Below, piece after piece: positions 20,901 to 28,311 of a stretch of 29,492 nucleotides of DNA. The stretch's first letter is position 1; each line of letters begins with the position of its first letter. This DNA comes from a bacterium (GTDB lineage Bacteria > SZUA-182 > DTGQ01 > JAFGSM01), in contig JBLIRP010000048.1 of the NCBI GenBank assembly GCA_049472355.1, positions 1-29,492 of the forward strand, read 5' to 3'. The position numbers and the translations under genes are program-made. The notes under the pieces are model-generated. The model ran no database searches, was not told the origin of the DNA, and worked only from the letters and a program-made list of their open reading frames with translations.

Positions 20901-21760
20901 CAGTAATTTTGACCGGAGACCTTATCCGGATCGGGAGCCACGATCTCGCACTCATCATAGATCCAGTCGTGATAAAAATGGGTATGATCGCGGTCAAAGA
21001 TAACGGCAGGATCATTTGATGAATAACGACTTTTGTATGACGAGTATCTCCCGCCATGCTCGGATGAATCGTCATGACATTGCAGGCACGTCACCGACCC
21101 GGGATCGCCCCAGTTAAGGACCTTCAGGGAGGAGGGGTCCCCCAGTGACGAGTCCATAATAGCAGCAGTGGACCCGAAGGGATAAAACCCTCCATGACAA
21201 TCGACGCACACCAGCGTCTGTGACAGCCTTTGGCCGCCTTTAAAATATATATAGCCATCCGAGGGGTGGAGGGTGTTGGGATCATCCTGTTGATACCGGG
21301 ACGGATCATGGCAATCGAAACACCAGCGTCCGAGGCCAAAGGGCTGATAGACGAGATGGCTCAGGTGGCCCCTTTTTCTTTGTGAATAGACACTACTGTC
21401 CGTGAAGTTTTCCGAATGAACAAGGCCCTGGAACCGTTCATTGGGCTCAAACGCCAAGGTGGAATAATCAAGAGGGTAGGGGAGCCCGTTGGGATCGGTA
21501 AAGCAGCAACAGTTTGGGTGTTCAGGGTACTCAGGATCCGGGGCGAGGTCGGGATACATATCCTTGTGACAGCGCCAGCATCCCTCATCGATCAGCGGAG
21601 AGGTAAGGATCGCGCGGATATCGTTATATTTAATGTACGCCCCTGTGGTCTCCAATGGAGGGGGTTGGGCGTAAGGCAAGGAAAAGGCGAGGAGATCAAG
21701 ACATATGATCAGGACAAACAAAAAAATACTGCATGTGAGAGGTATTTTTTTGTTTTGCAT
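11987..21760 (-). CDS. Giant secreted multiheme c-type cytochrome (~60-62 hemes) with Ig-like, Big_2 and MopE-like domains
   Basis: 3257 aa with a Sec-type signal peptide (..LPYA|Q). Manual count gives 60 CxxCH plus CMNLYCH and CRCH, and many CxxCHxxH and HP[MVI] distal-ligand motifs. The non-heme insert lies at about 18238-19276. Confidence 0.95.
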   Translation of the reverse strand: MQNKKIPLTCSIFLFVLIICLDLLAFSLPYAQPPPLETTGAYIKYNDIRAILTSPLIDEGCWRCHKDMYPDLAPDPEYPEHPNCCCFTDPNGLPYPLDYSTLAFEPNERFQGLVHSENFTDSSVYSQRKRGHLSHLVYQPFGLGRWCFDCHDPSRYQQDDPNTLHPSDGYIYFKGGQRLSQTLVCVDCHGGFYPFGSTAAIMDSSLGDPSSLKVLNWGDPGSVTCLQCHDDSSEHGGRYSSYKSRYSSNDPAVIFDRDHTHFYHDWIYDECEIVAPDPDKVSGQNYWSKNGHGVKAENYYAGATLDTGYPSPKTLHGGYPNRGAMNSSGISMDMDCTLHDEDLDPNDGKKNFCWECHWSNETTKRKICAGSFEYPHGIPLGKYNGHLDTIDYRDERWGDPNEVSASPHHQWRECRECHPTKYSHFVYKSPSIGRERPVQPPRQSQCVVCHDPHGSGDKQGNANAFMIRGSIPKQPCNDCHFSQFTSPPCSPYPPPYALGSPYPDPNEDVWVVDLFDPLKQDIREQDSSQNDMTIPSGTTDICEVCHQTKARSLWSRPGGLDGFQHSNGSRHYFNPDGMVCPDSDTCTVDYRGTDCTACHVHDPGPEPESALELESPLSIFNSKAFAPTCRCHGIERIDIETFTDAEGFDLSATVFGKGHGTPPPPFPDGDLGQDPHRAHARYNYPCLRCHIDPSGQPYSDPNLDYLFDLNNYTPVGFDLFLNPLGEYDAITKACMNLYCHSNGKGVFAGHITWSEQSQFCRDPLTCMDADGHFIYCDNCHHTPPDDKGTDHSFCSSDCSTCHPHNGIYDGNPGFYRHVNGMVDIIGITNNDPVLALIGDKIVREGESLSFAVHAADPDGDLLTYSATPLPYGARFNQETGEFSWKPGFDQSGDREITFFVTDNGLPPRFDSETIRITVRNVPRQQSWGLFPLRYPLTYPLIFQGPLLGMSSTAFSLPSYLGTFLYPSYQTMYKTPTFISYIYPSLASTWYKPQFAMWNAVINRPSQPGPYGNFLPYNQVYPSALYFPPFHPVPKPSPTLRSLVVEPSSFSITGAGSTLQLKVTGRYSDGTTRDVTKGSSGTAYSSSDPNNATVSTDGKITALSSGTVVIAATNRDVSVQVIGTILVCRDADGDGFFIGGAQCGPEDCDDTDPLVHPDAVDIPGDTIDQDCDGTDRQGVSFRALPNVATINDSDDDIPLSRTCYGCHNPGTGSSMGIPVLYGDDSGVMRKEHHPMGTQATVTSLRATMPAGATFANPAGEVTCTSCHDGMHGAGAYPDDPYKAKANHHLRWEFANGADKMDDPAFCGACHPDKTESHNDGKHWLSPNDSPNGRGGCMFCHFIHDGIERQSTLTLLPDQGIRADVDALMRQPAIPLIWVVGDIGADDSCRGVIDSDPYDYEDMCYGCHGDPTIVGGFGSQGSLLQPNAYFTHRFTCVPDPNSPPRLKVKPGGVYPLSDGPGLMTLNDYGTDAGRMYCGTCHTVHNGMIRPYLNHAEDDINLALDNGFCEECHDENHGSGRFLQFGHPMNKDPNPPSTEPVWDALYFQGGDGEPGGITGDVQNGEGTVICLTCHNIHASATSFDGRVPGKADQGHGRLTVRENRMTDQGSDMCRDCHPRIMTGPHNIQHAQGVCANCHLPHGARGKTLWARRPLNKFGGVRQLCNSCHDGTFTQGLNPDAPDSPVVASGIATVFGFVFESHVMHGSADTNADSALGTYDACTFPLNPNDTDCVPGHPSEWDTGGAGLYCGSCHDPHTQPPANETNGDYLRTKTGDVGEPGNRTRFCTQCHDPWETGNTHLDCENCQECHHPHRGDTRAVEGMTSEELRRARLILIGDIPEGGHAFMYDADRCQDCHIGEPIFGITDYRDLRFREDVVSLCRACHSEESLGSSHPVDIAPSEAVEIPEDLHLDANNTITCATCHQPHGEAYMRLRDDDTVSQMTESRGSIYPSFYLRRSNIQNALCFACHKVCLNGPHILSSNPCDACHMPHHAADERIWARTTTGPFTGTKRLCAFCHRTGLYGAKDRFGIFEAEGDITHDHVMGSSAFINGGSVTRNDWSPFPLKETEGGDGFSCGSCHDPHCNPYAPVDDKGGGDYLRQRAPGLIENASDKEYTFCAQCHQGLVSGDAHGHGAVHGCFECHHPHNALEMGSSILITPHIQFTAIPNCPGFSDSSEYAAACYGCHRKGSGFPGAIGAPLAGDDVSYPLEHHPMGLGANASTLGHQPTPAGPLSPAGELYCSSCHTVHDGTNDHYLNPRIVTEFDPANAGTFCTACHSDKQCADLGPRGEGHNKIAPYNQCLFCHSIHNSPGDPDALYQTREEEATQRNSSVSVDVIMRVSPANMAWSDTILDTDARDYEDACYGCHSRPDIVGEESTSNEENALLLDNIRDGFFSHRFNALPSATLQNMPGISDGKGTGVINDYGIEQGRIWCGSCHDVHRKNQFSPEIQEDYREHRSAYLRVDNYGSLLCYSCHTAQHENLGTQNHSLDKALEGGVPVLYYSGYSGGIGGLTDGDISFDSAEGSVVCQTCHSVHTAQTNWDGGADGDDLLDHGRLLVRALDRGACEDCHSSPHTGTNESCITCHSPHSGILPDTEPYPSLVALPNVPEITDDPNEQCPSQLCYGCHNERDARREGRPSISGDEFLVRKEHHPMGTQASIHDSTKVVSGMFVRAPGTPLELLNKNGQLTCTSCHDGQHGSGPFSGPDAEARSLANSFLRWALNEGDERDKPDFCITCHTDKVTSTLRGRHLISADESPNGRGGCMFCHFMHDGEERQTDPIPDIGIRPDVDALMREPSFNLSWGDKEDDTDACDYEDLCFGCHGKQDMVGSIGDAGSLLNPCVHFTHPFGLNADPGMIGEGFFVSDGTDLVITDDYGTQSGHMYCGTCHDVHDNHTPPYLGNHPSAYQPDGLCEACHNKDGIFVSRSHPIGRGPNPDPIQGAPTAPSFVDTYNDALPLFSQGGSGKPGGITYPYDPNTGRSLQGEYGAMVCTTCHNTHAAVTSWQGENGTDLYQDHGYLLVKDNFVVRGTHSPGSELCKACHPFGETEYDFPSGDHGGGGLSGSEWGICNACHTPHGAVGPKLWSRPGYGAGPFQGFRQLCFTCHNLAGIAKTGAESVFKKALPGGEIPGDYLEDHVMRNWADIEGVAYYDPNTFPRDSSDHDVIPTGPKPQPDPHDGFYCGSCHNPHLQQGDAYLRSSGGNAGYPGKREDFCNDCHIDAHFQDQDDACLLCHHPHQGSTQIDEDPNAARVILIIDFRS

Positions 21761-21801
21761 AAAAGGGGTAGTGATGAGATAAATGCGTTAAATGATTTTT
21801 A

Positions 21802-21830
21802 CTTATATATGAATGCATTCCTGTTGTCAA
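21802..21830 (-). promoter_or_regulatory. Candidate sigma70 promoter of the giant cytochrome
   Basis: Minus strand TTGACA(21830-21825)-N17-TATAAG(21807-21802), with the palindrome GAATGCATTC inside the spacer. Confidence 0.55.
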
Positions 21831-21965
21831 TAAGATTTCGGGATGCATGAACAGTCAAATGGATGCATGGAGTATTGTCCCTGTGCATGAGAAGCCGTAT
21901 GGCGGGGTACATTCAATCAAGCATCAAGATAGCACAATATTAAGACCGCATGGAGGAAGGGGCGA

Positions 21966-23564
21966 TCATGGCACGGAGATCCCCCGCCGATCGAGGAGGG
22001 AGCCTTCCAGGCGGTAGAGATCGATGAGCGCGGTGAGAAATCCCACGATGGCCTGAATCTCGGCGATCCTGCTTGCCACCAGGTCTCTCTGGGTCTGGGC
22101 GACGAGCAGGGAGGTGGATTTCCCCACCCTGAACTTCTCGGTTTCGGCCCGCATCTTCTCTTCCTGCAGGGCGCGGGTGGCTGCGGTGGCGGAGACCTGC
22201 TCCCGTGTCCGGTTGACCTCGATATAGGCCGAGCGGACATCCAGTTGAACGAGCTGTTCGAGGTTCCTCACCGACTCGTCCGCCTGTGAGCTGGAAAGGA
22301 CCGCCCGTTCATGCCGCGCCTTTGCATCCCGATTGAAGAAGGGGTATTCGAGGCTGATGCCCGCCCCGACATCGTAGTTCCTTCCGTCGAGGTCCTCGAT
22401 CGATCCGCTGAAGGAATCGGCATACCCTGACATGCCGAGGGTTATGAAGAAATCCATCCTCGGGAGGAGTCCGTTCCTGGTCTTGACCACCTCGAGGTCT
22501 CCCCGCTCCTGCTGCATCCGCGCCTGGTTCACGTCGGATCGCATGCGCAATCCCACATCCACGTGTGCGTCGACCCCGTCAAGACTGACCTCGGGCACGG
22601 CAGGCTGGTCCTGAAGTACAATCTCCCGGTCCCAGAGACCGGACCCGGACGGGTTGAGGAGACGAAGGAGCCGCAACCGGACCTTTGCCAACTCGCTCCT
22701 GGCATTGATGAGGTCCTCCTTGCGCAGCGCCACCTCCGCCTGAGCGGCTGCATACTCGATTTCCGGAAGCACCCCGATCCTGATCCGCTCCTCGGTCTCC
22801 TTCATCTGGTGTTCGGCCAGGCTCAGGGACTCGGTGAAGATCTCGATCCTTCGCAGGCTGAGCGCATACTCCCAGTAGGTCTTTTCCACGTCCGCGATAA
22901 ACGACTCCACGAATCCCCTGAACTCGTGCCGGGATGAAAACGTATCGATCCTCGCCTGCCTGAGGCTCGCCAGGTTCACCTTCCTACCGGCCCCCCTCAG
23001 CAGGGATTGGCTGAGATTCAAACCCGCCCGGGTGGTGTGCTGATCACCGTACAGATCCGACCAGGCTCGATCATTGGATAGCTCGACTCCGGCCCGGGTG
23101 CCGGTGGAAAACAGCTTTGAGACCTCGACACCTGCGTCTGAACCGCGCGTCTGCTCATCACCGGCCTCCTGGTGGGAATACGACGCATCACCCGAGAGCA
23201 CGGGATCAAAGGAGGCCGCCTCCTGGTCCTCGAACGTGCGACGAATGGCGGGATTCAGCCGCTCAATGGCCAGGGCGTGATTGTTTTTGAGTGCGGTGAG
23301 AAGCGCATCCCCGATGCCGATGGCGAGCGTATGTGGGTCCGAGGGTTCCTGTTCCTCTGTCGAATTGCCGGGTTTTGGGGAAGGGGAGGGGGGAATTGCC
23401 AGAGACTCATCAGAGGCGTTCATCCCGTCCCTGCTTGCCGCGATGAGGACTGCACCACGACCGGCTGCACTTGCACCTGCGCAGGGTATCAGTGCCAACA
23501 GGCTAATAAGGGCGATCCCGCACCCAAGCCTTATCAATACGTTGTGTTGTTTCGGCACCATCAT
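21966..23564 (-). CDS. TolC family outer membrane efflux protein
   Basis: The ATG at 23564 overlaps the RND stop (ATGA) after GGAGG, followed by a signal peptide. Motifs: ALKNNHAL, LSQSLLRG, VEKTYWEY, LLPRMD, VRSAY, EKFRVGKSTSLLVAQ. The longer ORF call to 23924 is an overlap artefact. Confidence 0.92.
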   Translation of the reverse strand: MMVPKQHNVLIRLGCGIALISLLALIPCAGASAAGRGAVLIAASRDGMNASDESLAIPPSPSPKPGNSTEEQEPSDPHTLAIGIGDALLTALKNNHALAIERLNPAIRRTFEDQEAASFDPVLSGDASYSHQEAGDEQTRGSDAGVEVSKLFSTGTRAGVELSNDRAWSDLYGDQHTTRAGLNLSQSLLRGAGRKVNLASLRQARIDTFSSRHEFRGFVESFIADVEKTYWEYALSLRRIEIFTESLSLAEHQMKETEERIRIGVLPEIEYAAAQAEVALRKEDLINARSELAKVRLRLLRLLNPSGSGLWDREIVLQDQPAVPEVSLDGVDAHVDVGLRMRSDVNQARMQQERGDLEVVKTRNGLLPRMDFFITLGMSGYADSFSGSIEDLDGRNYDVGAGISLEYPFFNRDAKARHERAVLSSSQADESVRNLEQLVQLDVRSAYIEVNRTREQVSATAATRALQEEKMRAETEKFRVGKSTSLLVAQTQRDLVASRIAEIQAIVGFLTALIDLYRLEGSLLDRRGISVP

Positions 23565-26500
23565 CCCTCCTGCACCGCCTCCGGGGCAGGGGGATGCATC
23601 CCCTGTCCCTCCCGTTTTTTGCGCTCGAAGATGGAATAGACGATCGGTATAAGGATAAGGGTAATGAGGGTGGAGCTCAAGAGCCCGCCGATGACGGCCC
23701 GGGCGAGGGGTGCCTGGGCCTCCCCGCCCTCTCCCACACCGAGGGCGAGCGGCACCAGGCCCAGGATGGTGGTCAGGGCGGTCATCAACACCGGCCTGAG
23801 CCGGTGGCGGCAGGCATTCTCGATTGCCTCGCGCAGGGGCATCGCGTCCCTTCGCCGCAGGAGATTGGTGTGATCGACAAGGAGTATGGCGTTGTTCACC
23901 ACGATGCCGCCGAGCATGATGCACCCGATAAAGGCCTGGATATTGAAGGTGGTATGGGTCAGGAACAGGGCGAGGACAACCCCGATCACGGCAAGGGGAA
24001 CGGAGAACATGACCACGAAGGGATCGCGCAGCGATTCGAACTGACAGGCCATGACCATGTAAACGAGGACAAGGGCCAGGAGGAAACTCAGGAGCAGCTC
24101 CCTGAACGCCTTCTGCTGCTCCTCGTATTCGCCCCCCAAGGTGATGCTGAAATCATTCGGCACCGGAAGGAGGGAGAGCCGTTCCCGGATATCCCCGATG
24201 ACCGATCCCATGTCGCGTCCGCTGATATTGGCGGTTACCAGGACCATGCGTTCCTGGTTCTTTCGCTCGATGCGCACCGGTCCGGAGCGCGGGCGCACCT
24301 CGACCACGTTCCGCAGCACCACCGGTTCACCCTCTCCATTGATGAGGGTGAGGTCCAGGAGATCCGGCACGCGCATGCGCTCAGCGTCCTTGACCTTTAC
24401 CAGGATCGCATATTCATCCCCGCCCTCACGGAAATTCCCCGCCTTGGTACCGGAGAGCATCGTCTGAAGGGCATCGGCGATCTGGGTCACCGTCAGCTTC
24501 ATGTCCGATGCCTTCATTCGATCGATCATGATCAGCTCCTCGGGGCTGCCTGCCTCGCGGCTCAACTGCACGTCGGTGATCCCGTCCACCTGCTCGACAA
24601 GGGCCTTTACCCGCTGGGCGAGCACATCGGCGGTGGAGAGATCGTGACCGCGCACCTCCACCTGCACCTTGTCCCCTTCGCTCGTCCCCATCCGCAGAAT
24701 GAAAAGCCCCTGTCCGGCCCGGGTCCTGATCTTCATCCCGGGGATTCCCTGGAGCCGTGCACGCAGATCGGCCGCAATCTCCTCGCTCGATCGCTCCCGC
24801 TGGGAGATGGGCTTGAGGGTGATCCTCATCTGCCCGGTGTGCGCCCCGGCGCTCCGCCACCCGCCGCCGATTCTCACGGAGATGTTCGCCGCCTCCGGGA
24901 CCGCCTCCTGGACGATATCCTCAATGGCCTTGAACCGTTCGCCGCTCACCTCGAGCCTCGTGCCTATCTCCATCTCCGCATCCACCCTGACCTCTCCCTC
25001 GTCGGCGCTGGGCATAAGCTCGACGCCGATAAGGGGAACGATGCTGATACTCCCGGCAAGGAGCAGAAGCGTCACCCCCACGACAACCCCCCGGTGATCG
25101 AGGGCGTATCGCAACAGTCGATGGTACCATTCATCAATGCGGGTCAGGAACTGCTTGCTCAGGAAAAAGATCCAGTTGACGGGGTGCGTCCAGGATGAGG
25201 CCGGGGCCTGTTCCAGGTGGAGGAGCTTCGAGGAGAGCATGGGCACGAGGCTGAGTGCAACAATGAGGGAACACAGGAGGGAAAAGGTCACCACATATGC
25301 CATCTGCTTGAACATGATCCCCGACATGCCTCGAATGAAGATGGTGGGCAGGAACACGGCAATGGTGGTCAGGGTGCTGGCGATGATCGCGGCGGTAACC
25401 TCCTCGCTCCCCTGCACTGCAGACCGATAGGGTTCCATTCCGGATTGCCTCAGCCGGTAGATGTTTTCCAGGACCACGATGGCATTGTCAACCAGCATGC
25501 CTACGCCGAGGGCAAGCCCGCCCAGGGTCATGAGATTCAGGGTGAAGCCGCCGAAGTAGATAAGGACGAAGGTGGCGATGATGGAGATGGGTATGGCGGT
25601 GCCGATGATCGCGGTGCTTCTGAAACTCCCCAGGAAGAAGAGCAGGACAAGGATGGCCAGTATGCCGCCGTAAATCGCCGCAGACCCGACATTCCTGATG
25701 GAGCGCCGGATGTAATCGGAGGTATCGATGAGGGGGATGAGGTTGAGTTGCGGGATGTCCCGGTTGATTCGTTCAAGCTCCCGCAGCGCCTCCCGCGCCA
25801 CGGCCACCGTATTCTTCCCCGACTGCTTGAACAGGGCGAGGTTGATCCCCGGCCTGCCGTTGACCCTGACCAGCCTGGTCACCTTCTCCCAGGCATCCTT
25901 CACCTCGGCGATGTCCCTCACCCGGATCGGTGCGCCGTCCCGCATGGCGATCACCGTGTTGCGCAGATCATCCAAGCTCGTGTATTCCCCCGGGGTGCGC
26001 ACGAGTATCTCCAGGTTTCCCCGCTCCAGGGTTCCCGCAGGCACGTTGACGTTCTCCGCCCTGATCCGGGCAAGGATCAAATCGAGGGGGAGGTGCAGGG
26101 CCTTCACCTTCTCCAGCTTCAGGCTGACGTGGATCTCTCGATCCAGGCCTCCCCATACGTCGAGCGAGGCCACGCCCGGCACACGCTCGATGCGATACTT
26201 TACCTGGTTGTCGATGATGCGGCGCATCTGGATGGGATCGAGGTCCCCGGATGCGCCGAGGATGAGCACCGGGAACCCGGCAAGGTCGAACTTACGCAGC
26301 ACCGGTCGGTCAGCCTCTTCGGGCAGGCGGGGAAGGATGCGGTCCAGCCGGTCGCGGATATCGTTTGCCGCAACATCCAGGTTGGTCCCCCACACAAAGG
26401 TCACCCGCACATTGCTCGAACCCTCCGTGGAGATGGAGGTGACCTCTTCGACCCCGGGCACCGCGCTCATGGACTCCTCGATGGGCCGGGTAATCAACTC

Positions 26501-26680
26501 CTCGATCTCCTCGGGACTTGCATTGGTATAGGAGGTGCTGATACTGAGGGTAGGGTAGGTGATGTCGGGCATCAGGTCAATGGGCAGGCGGGTCAGGGCG
26601 ACGACTCCCAGGAGGATGACGATCAGGGTGACCATAATCGTGAAGATGGGGCGATCGATTGCACTGCGGGCGATTCTCAT
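23561..26680 (-). CDS. RND efflux permease (AcrB/AcrD/AcrF, HAE1/SwrC-like)
   Basis: 1039 aa with [54 protein letters not shown] and [10 protein letters not shown] motifs. Confidence 0.96.
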   Translation of the reverse strand: MRIARSAIDRPIFTIMVTLIVILLGVVALTRLPIDLMPDITYPTLSISTSYTNASPEEIEELITRPIEESMSAVPGVEEVTSISTEGSSNVRVTFVWGTNLDVAANDIRDRLDRILPRLPEEADRPVLRKFDLAGFPVLILGASGDLDPIQMRRIIDNQVKYRIERVPGVASLDVWGGLDREIHVSLKLEKVKALHLPLDLILARIRAENVNVPAGTLERGNLEILVRTPGEYTSLDDLRNTVIAMRDGAPIRVRDIAEVKDAWEKVTRLVRVNGRPGINLALFKQSGKNTVAVAREALRELERINRDIPQLNLIPLIDTSDYIRRSIRNVGSAAIYGGILAILVLLFFLGSFRSTAIIGTAIPISIIATFVLIYFGGFTLNLMTLGGLALGVGMLVDNAIVVLENIYRLRQSGMEPYRSAVQGSEEVTAAIIASTLTTIAVFLPTIFIRGMSGIMFKQMAYVVTFSLLCSLIVALSLVPMLSSKLLHLEQAPASSWTHPVNWIFFLSKQFLTRIDEWYHRLLRYALDHRGVVVGVTLLLLAGSISIVPLIGVELMPSADEGEVRVDAEMEIGTRLEVSGERFKAIEDIVQEAVPEAANISVRIGGGWRSAGAHTGQMRITLKPISQRERSSEEIAADLRARLQGIPGMKIRTRAGQGLFILRMGTSEGDKVQVEVRGHDLSTADVLAQRVKALVEQVDGITDVQLSREAGSPEELIMIDRMKASDMKLTVTQIADALQTMLSGTKAGNFREGGDEYAILVKVKDAERMRVPDLLDLTLINGEGEPVVLRNVVEVRPRSGPVRIERKNQERMVLVTANISGRDMGSVIGDIRERLSLLPVPNDFSITLGGEYEEQQKAFRELLLSFLLALVLVYMVMACQFESLRDPFVVMFSVPLAVIGVVLALFLTHTTFNIQAFIGCIMLGGIVVNNAILLVDHTNLLRRRDAMPLREAIENACRHRLRPVLMTALTTILGLVPLALGVGEGGEAQAPLARAVIGGLLSSTLITLILIPIVYSIFERKKREGQGMHPPAPEAVQEG

Positions 26681-26691
26681 GGACGTATCCC

Positions 26692-27867
26692 TTATTCCCT
26701 TTCATCCGGGGTGTTCTCGGGAAGAATGAGGGGAGAACCGTCCTCGAGAAGGTGCTGCCCCATGGTGACCACCAGCCCGGAAAGGGGAGGGCTCACCACT
26801 TCGGCTGCTTCGCCGTTTACGATGCCCAGGCTCACCAGGGTGAACACCGCCTTCATCCCCTCCGCATCCACGAGAAATACCCCCTGTTGCTCTCCACGCC
26901 GGGCGATAGAGGTCACCGGAACCAGGGTGACATTTTCGTGATGGGCAAATTCGATCTCCACCCTGCCAAACATACCCGGCTTGAGGAGCCACTCCGGATT
27001 GGACACCTCGATCTCCACCCGTGCCTGTCGGGATGCCTCCTTGAGCACCGGCGCAACGCGAATGATCCTCCCGGGAAAGGTCCTCTGGGGATAGGCGTCG
27101 GTGGTGAGGAGGGCGTCCTGACCGACCTGCACCTTGGGATAGTCGCGTTCGATCACGAAGATTACGGCGATCAGGGAGCTTATGTCGTATATGGAGACAA
27201 TGGGTGCATTCGCCGAGAGCATGGCCCCTTCGTCCACGAAACGCTCCCCCACCACCCGGTTTCCATCACCATCCTCCCATGACGCCCTGATCCGGGTGTA
27301 AGAAAGGCGCACCTGGGCAGCCTTCAGCGCGGCCTCCTTCTGAGAGACCTGTGCCATGGCCAGCTTGTGCTTGGCCTTGCCCACGTCGAGCCGCGCCTGG
27401 ACCGCATCGAGCTCCGACTCCGAGGCGATCTTCTTCTCACGCAGGGCGAGGATCCGGTCGAATTCCCGATGGGCGCTGTCGAGTTCACTGCTCTGTTCCT
27501 CAAGGGAGGCCTTGGCAACGGCAAGTTCCGCACGGGCCTCCTCAACCCCCTGGACATATTCGGCATCCTCCACCACGGCGATCAATTGGTCGCGTTCCAC
27601 GGTATCCCCGATATTGACCATAAGTCGTTCCAGCCGGCCTGCGATCTTCGGGGCCACGACGAAATGCGCCTTTGGTACGAGCGTACCGGTGAACCTCTGA
27701 ACATTGCGAATCGTGCCCCTGACGATCGGGGCGACCTCGACCGCCACCGCAGGGACCTTTCTGGCAGTATGTGTATCGTCCCGGGAAGAAATGAATCGCT
27801 GGGACATCCACCATCCCATGATGATGATCACGCCGAAAAGCGCCGACCACAAAAAAACCCTTTTCAT
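26692..27867 (-). CDS. RND efflux periplasmic adaptor (membrane fusion protein)
   Basis: N-terminal TM, VAPKIAGRLERLMVNIGDTV lipoyl half, coiled-coil hairpin, LKPGMF and LVPVTSI. AGGAG RBS. Confidence 0.95.
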   Translation of the reverse strand: MKRVFLWSALFGVIIIMGWWMSQRFISSRDDTHTARKVPAVAVEVAPIVRGTIRNVQRFTGTLVPKAHFVVAPKIAGRLERLMVNIGDTVERDQLIAVVEDAEYVQGVEEARAELAVAKASLEEQSSELDSAHREFDRILALREKKIASESELDAVQARLDVGKAKHKLAMAQVSQKEAALKAAQVRLSYTRIRASWEDGDGNRVVGERFVDEGAMLSANAPIVSIYDISSLIAVIFVIERDYPKVQVGQDALLTTDAYPQRTFPGRIIRVAPVLKEASRQARVEIEVSNPEWLLKPGMFGRVEIEFAHHENVTLVPVTSIARRGEQQGVFLVDAEGMKAVFTLVSLGIVNGEAAEVVSPPLSGLVVTMGQHLLEDGSPLILPENTPDERE

Positions 27868-28311
27868 AAACGCTCCTGCAACTTCCTTATATGCATCCTT
27901 ATATACTTAATATACTTACACGTCGAAATATGCGTCGAACGAAATGCCCCGACAAACGGTCATATTGTAGTGGTATTTTTTCCAATACGCAAGAAATTTA
28001 TGATTTATTTCCCCTTTGGGGCACCGCTCAATAAATGTCTGCATTTTTTTGCTCATTTTTCTAATTATAGTTATTATTTTTCACTATATGCATTTTTTTT
28101 CACCTGTTTCGATTGCCCATCGGTTTCTTTACGGTGCATTCGCAAGTATTAATCATTTTTAAACAGCTAATTAGCACATCTTGTATCGGGTGTTGAACAG
28201 GGTAGGGGGCATCAAGATATGGAATAAATTATGCTTAAATATTGTAAACCGAAATTACATTATGTTTCAACAATTCATTATGTGCCGCCATTACACGGGG
28301 GGAGGTTCCTA

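Noticed and set aside
23565..23924. N-terminal extension of the TolC ORF
   Set aside because: It overlaps the RND gene. The real start is the ATGA-coupled codon at 23564 with an RBS and signal peptide.
23594..26941. Long plus-strand ORFs of 534 and 574 aa
   Set aside because: Antisense shadows of the RND permease.
21966..27867. RND-TolC as the secretion route for the giant cytochrome
   Set aside because: c-type cytochromes are Sec-exported and folded with heme in the periplasm. HAE1-type RND pumps move small molecules, and no type I secretion ABC component is present.
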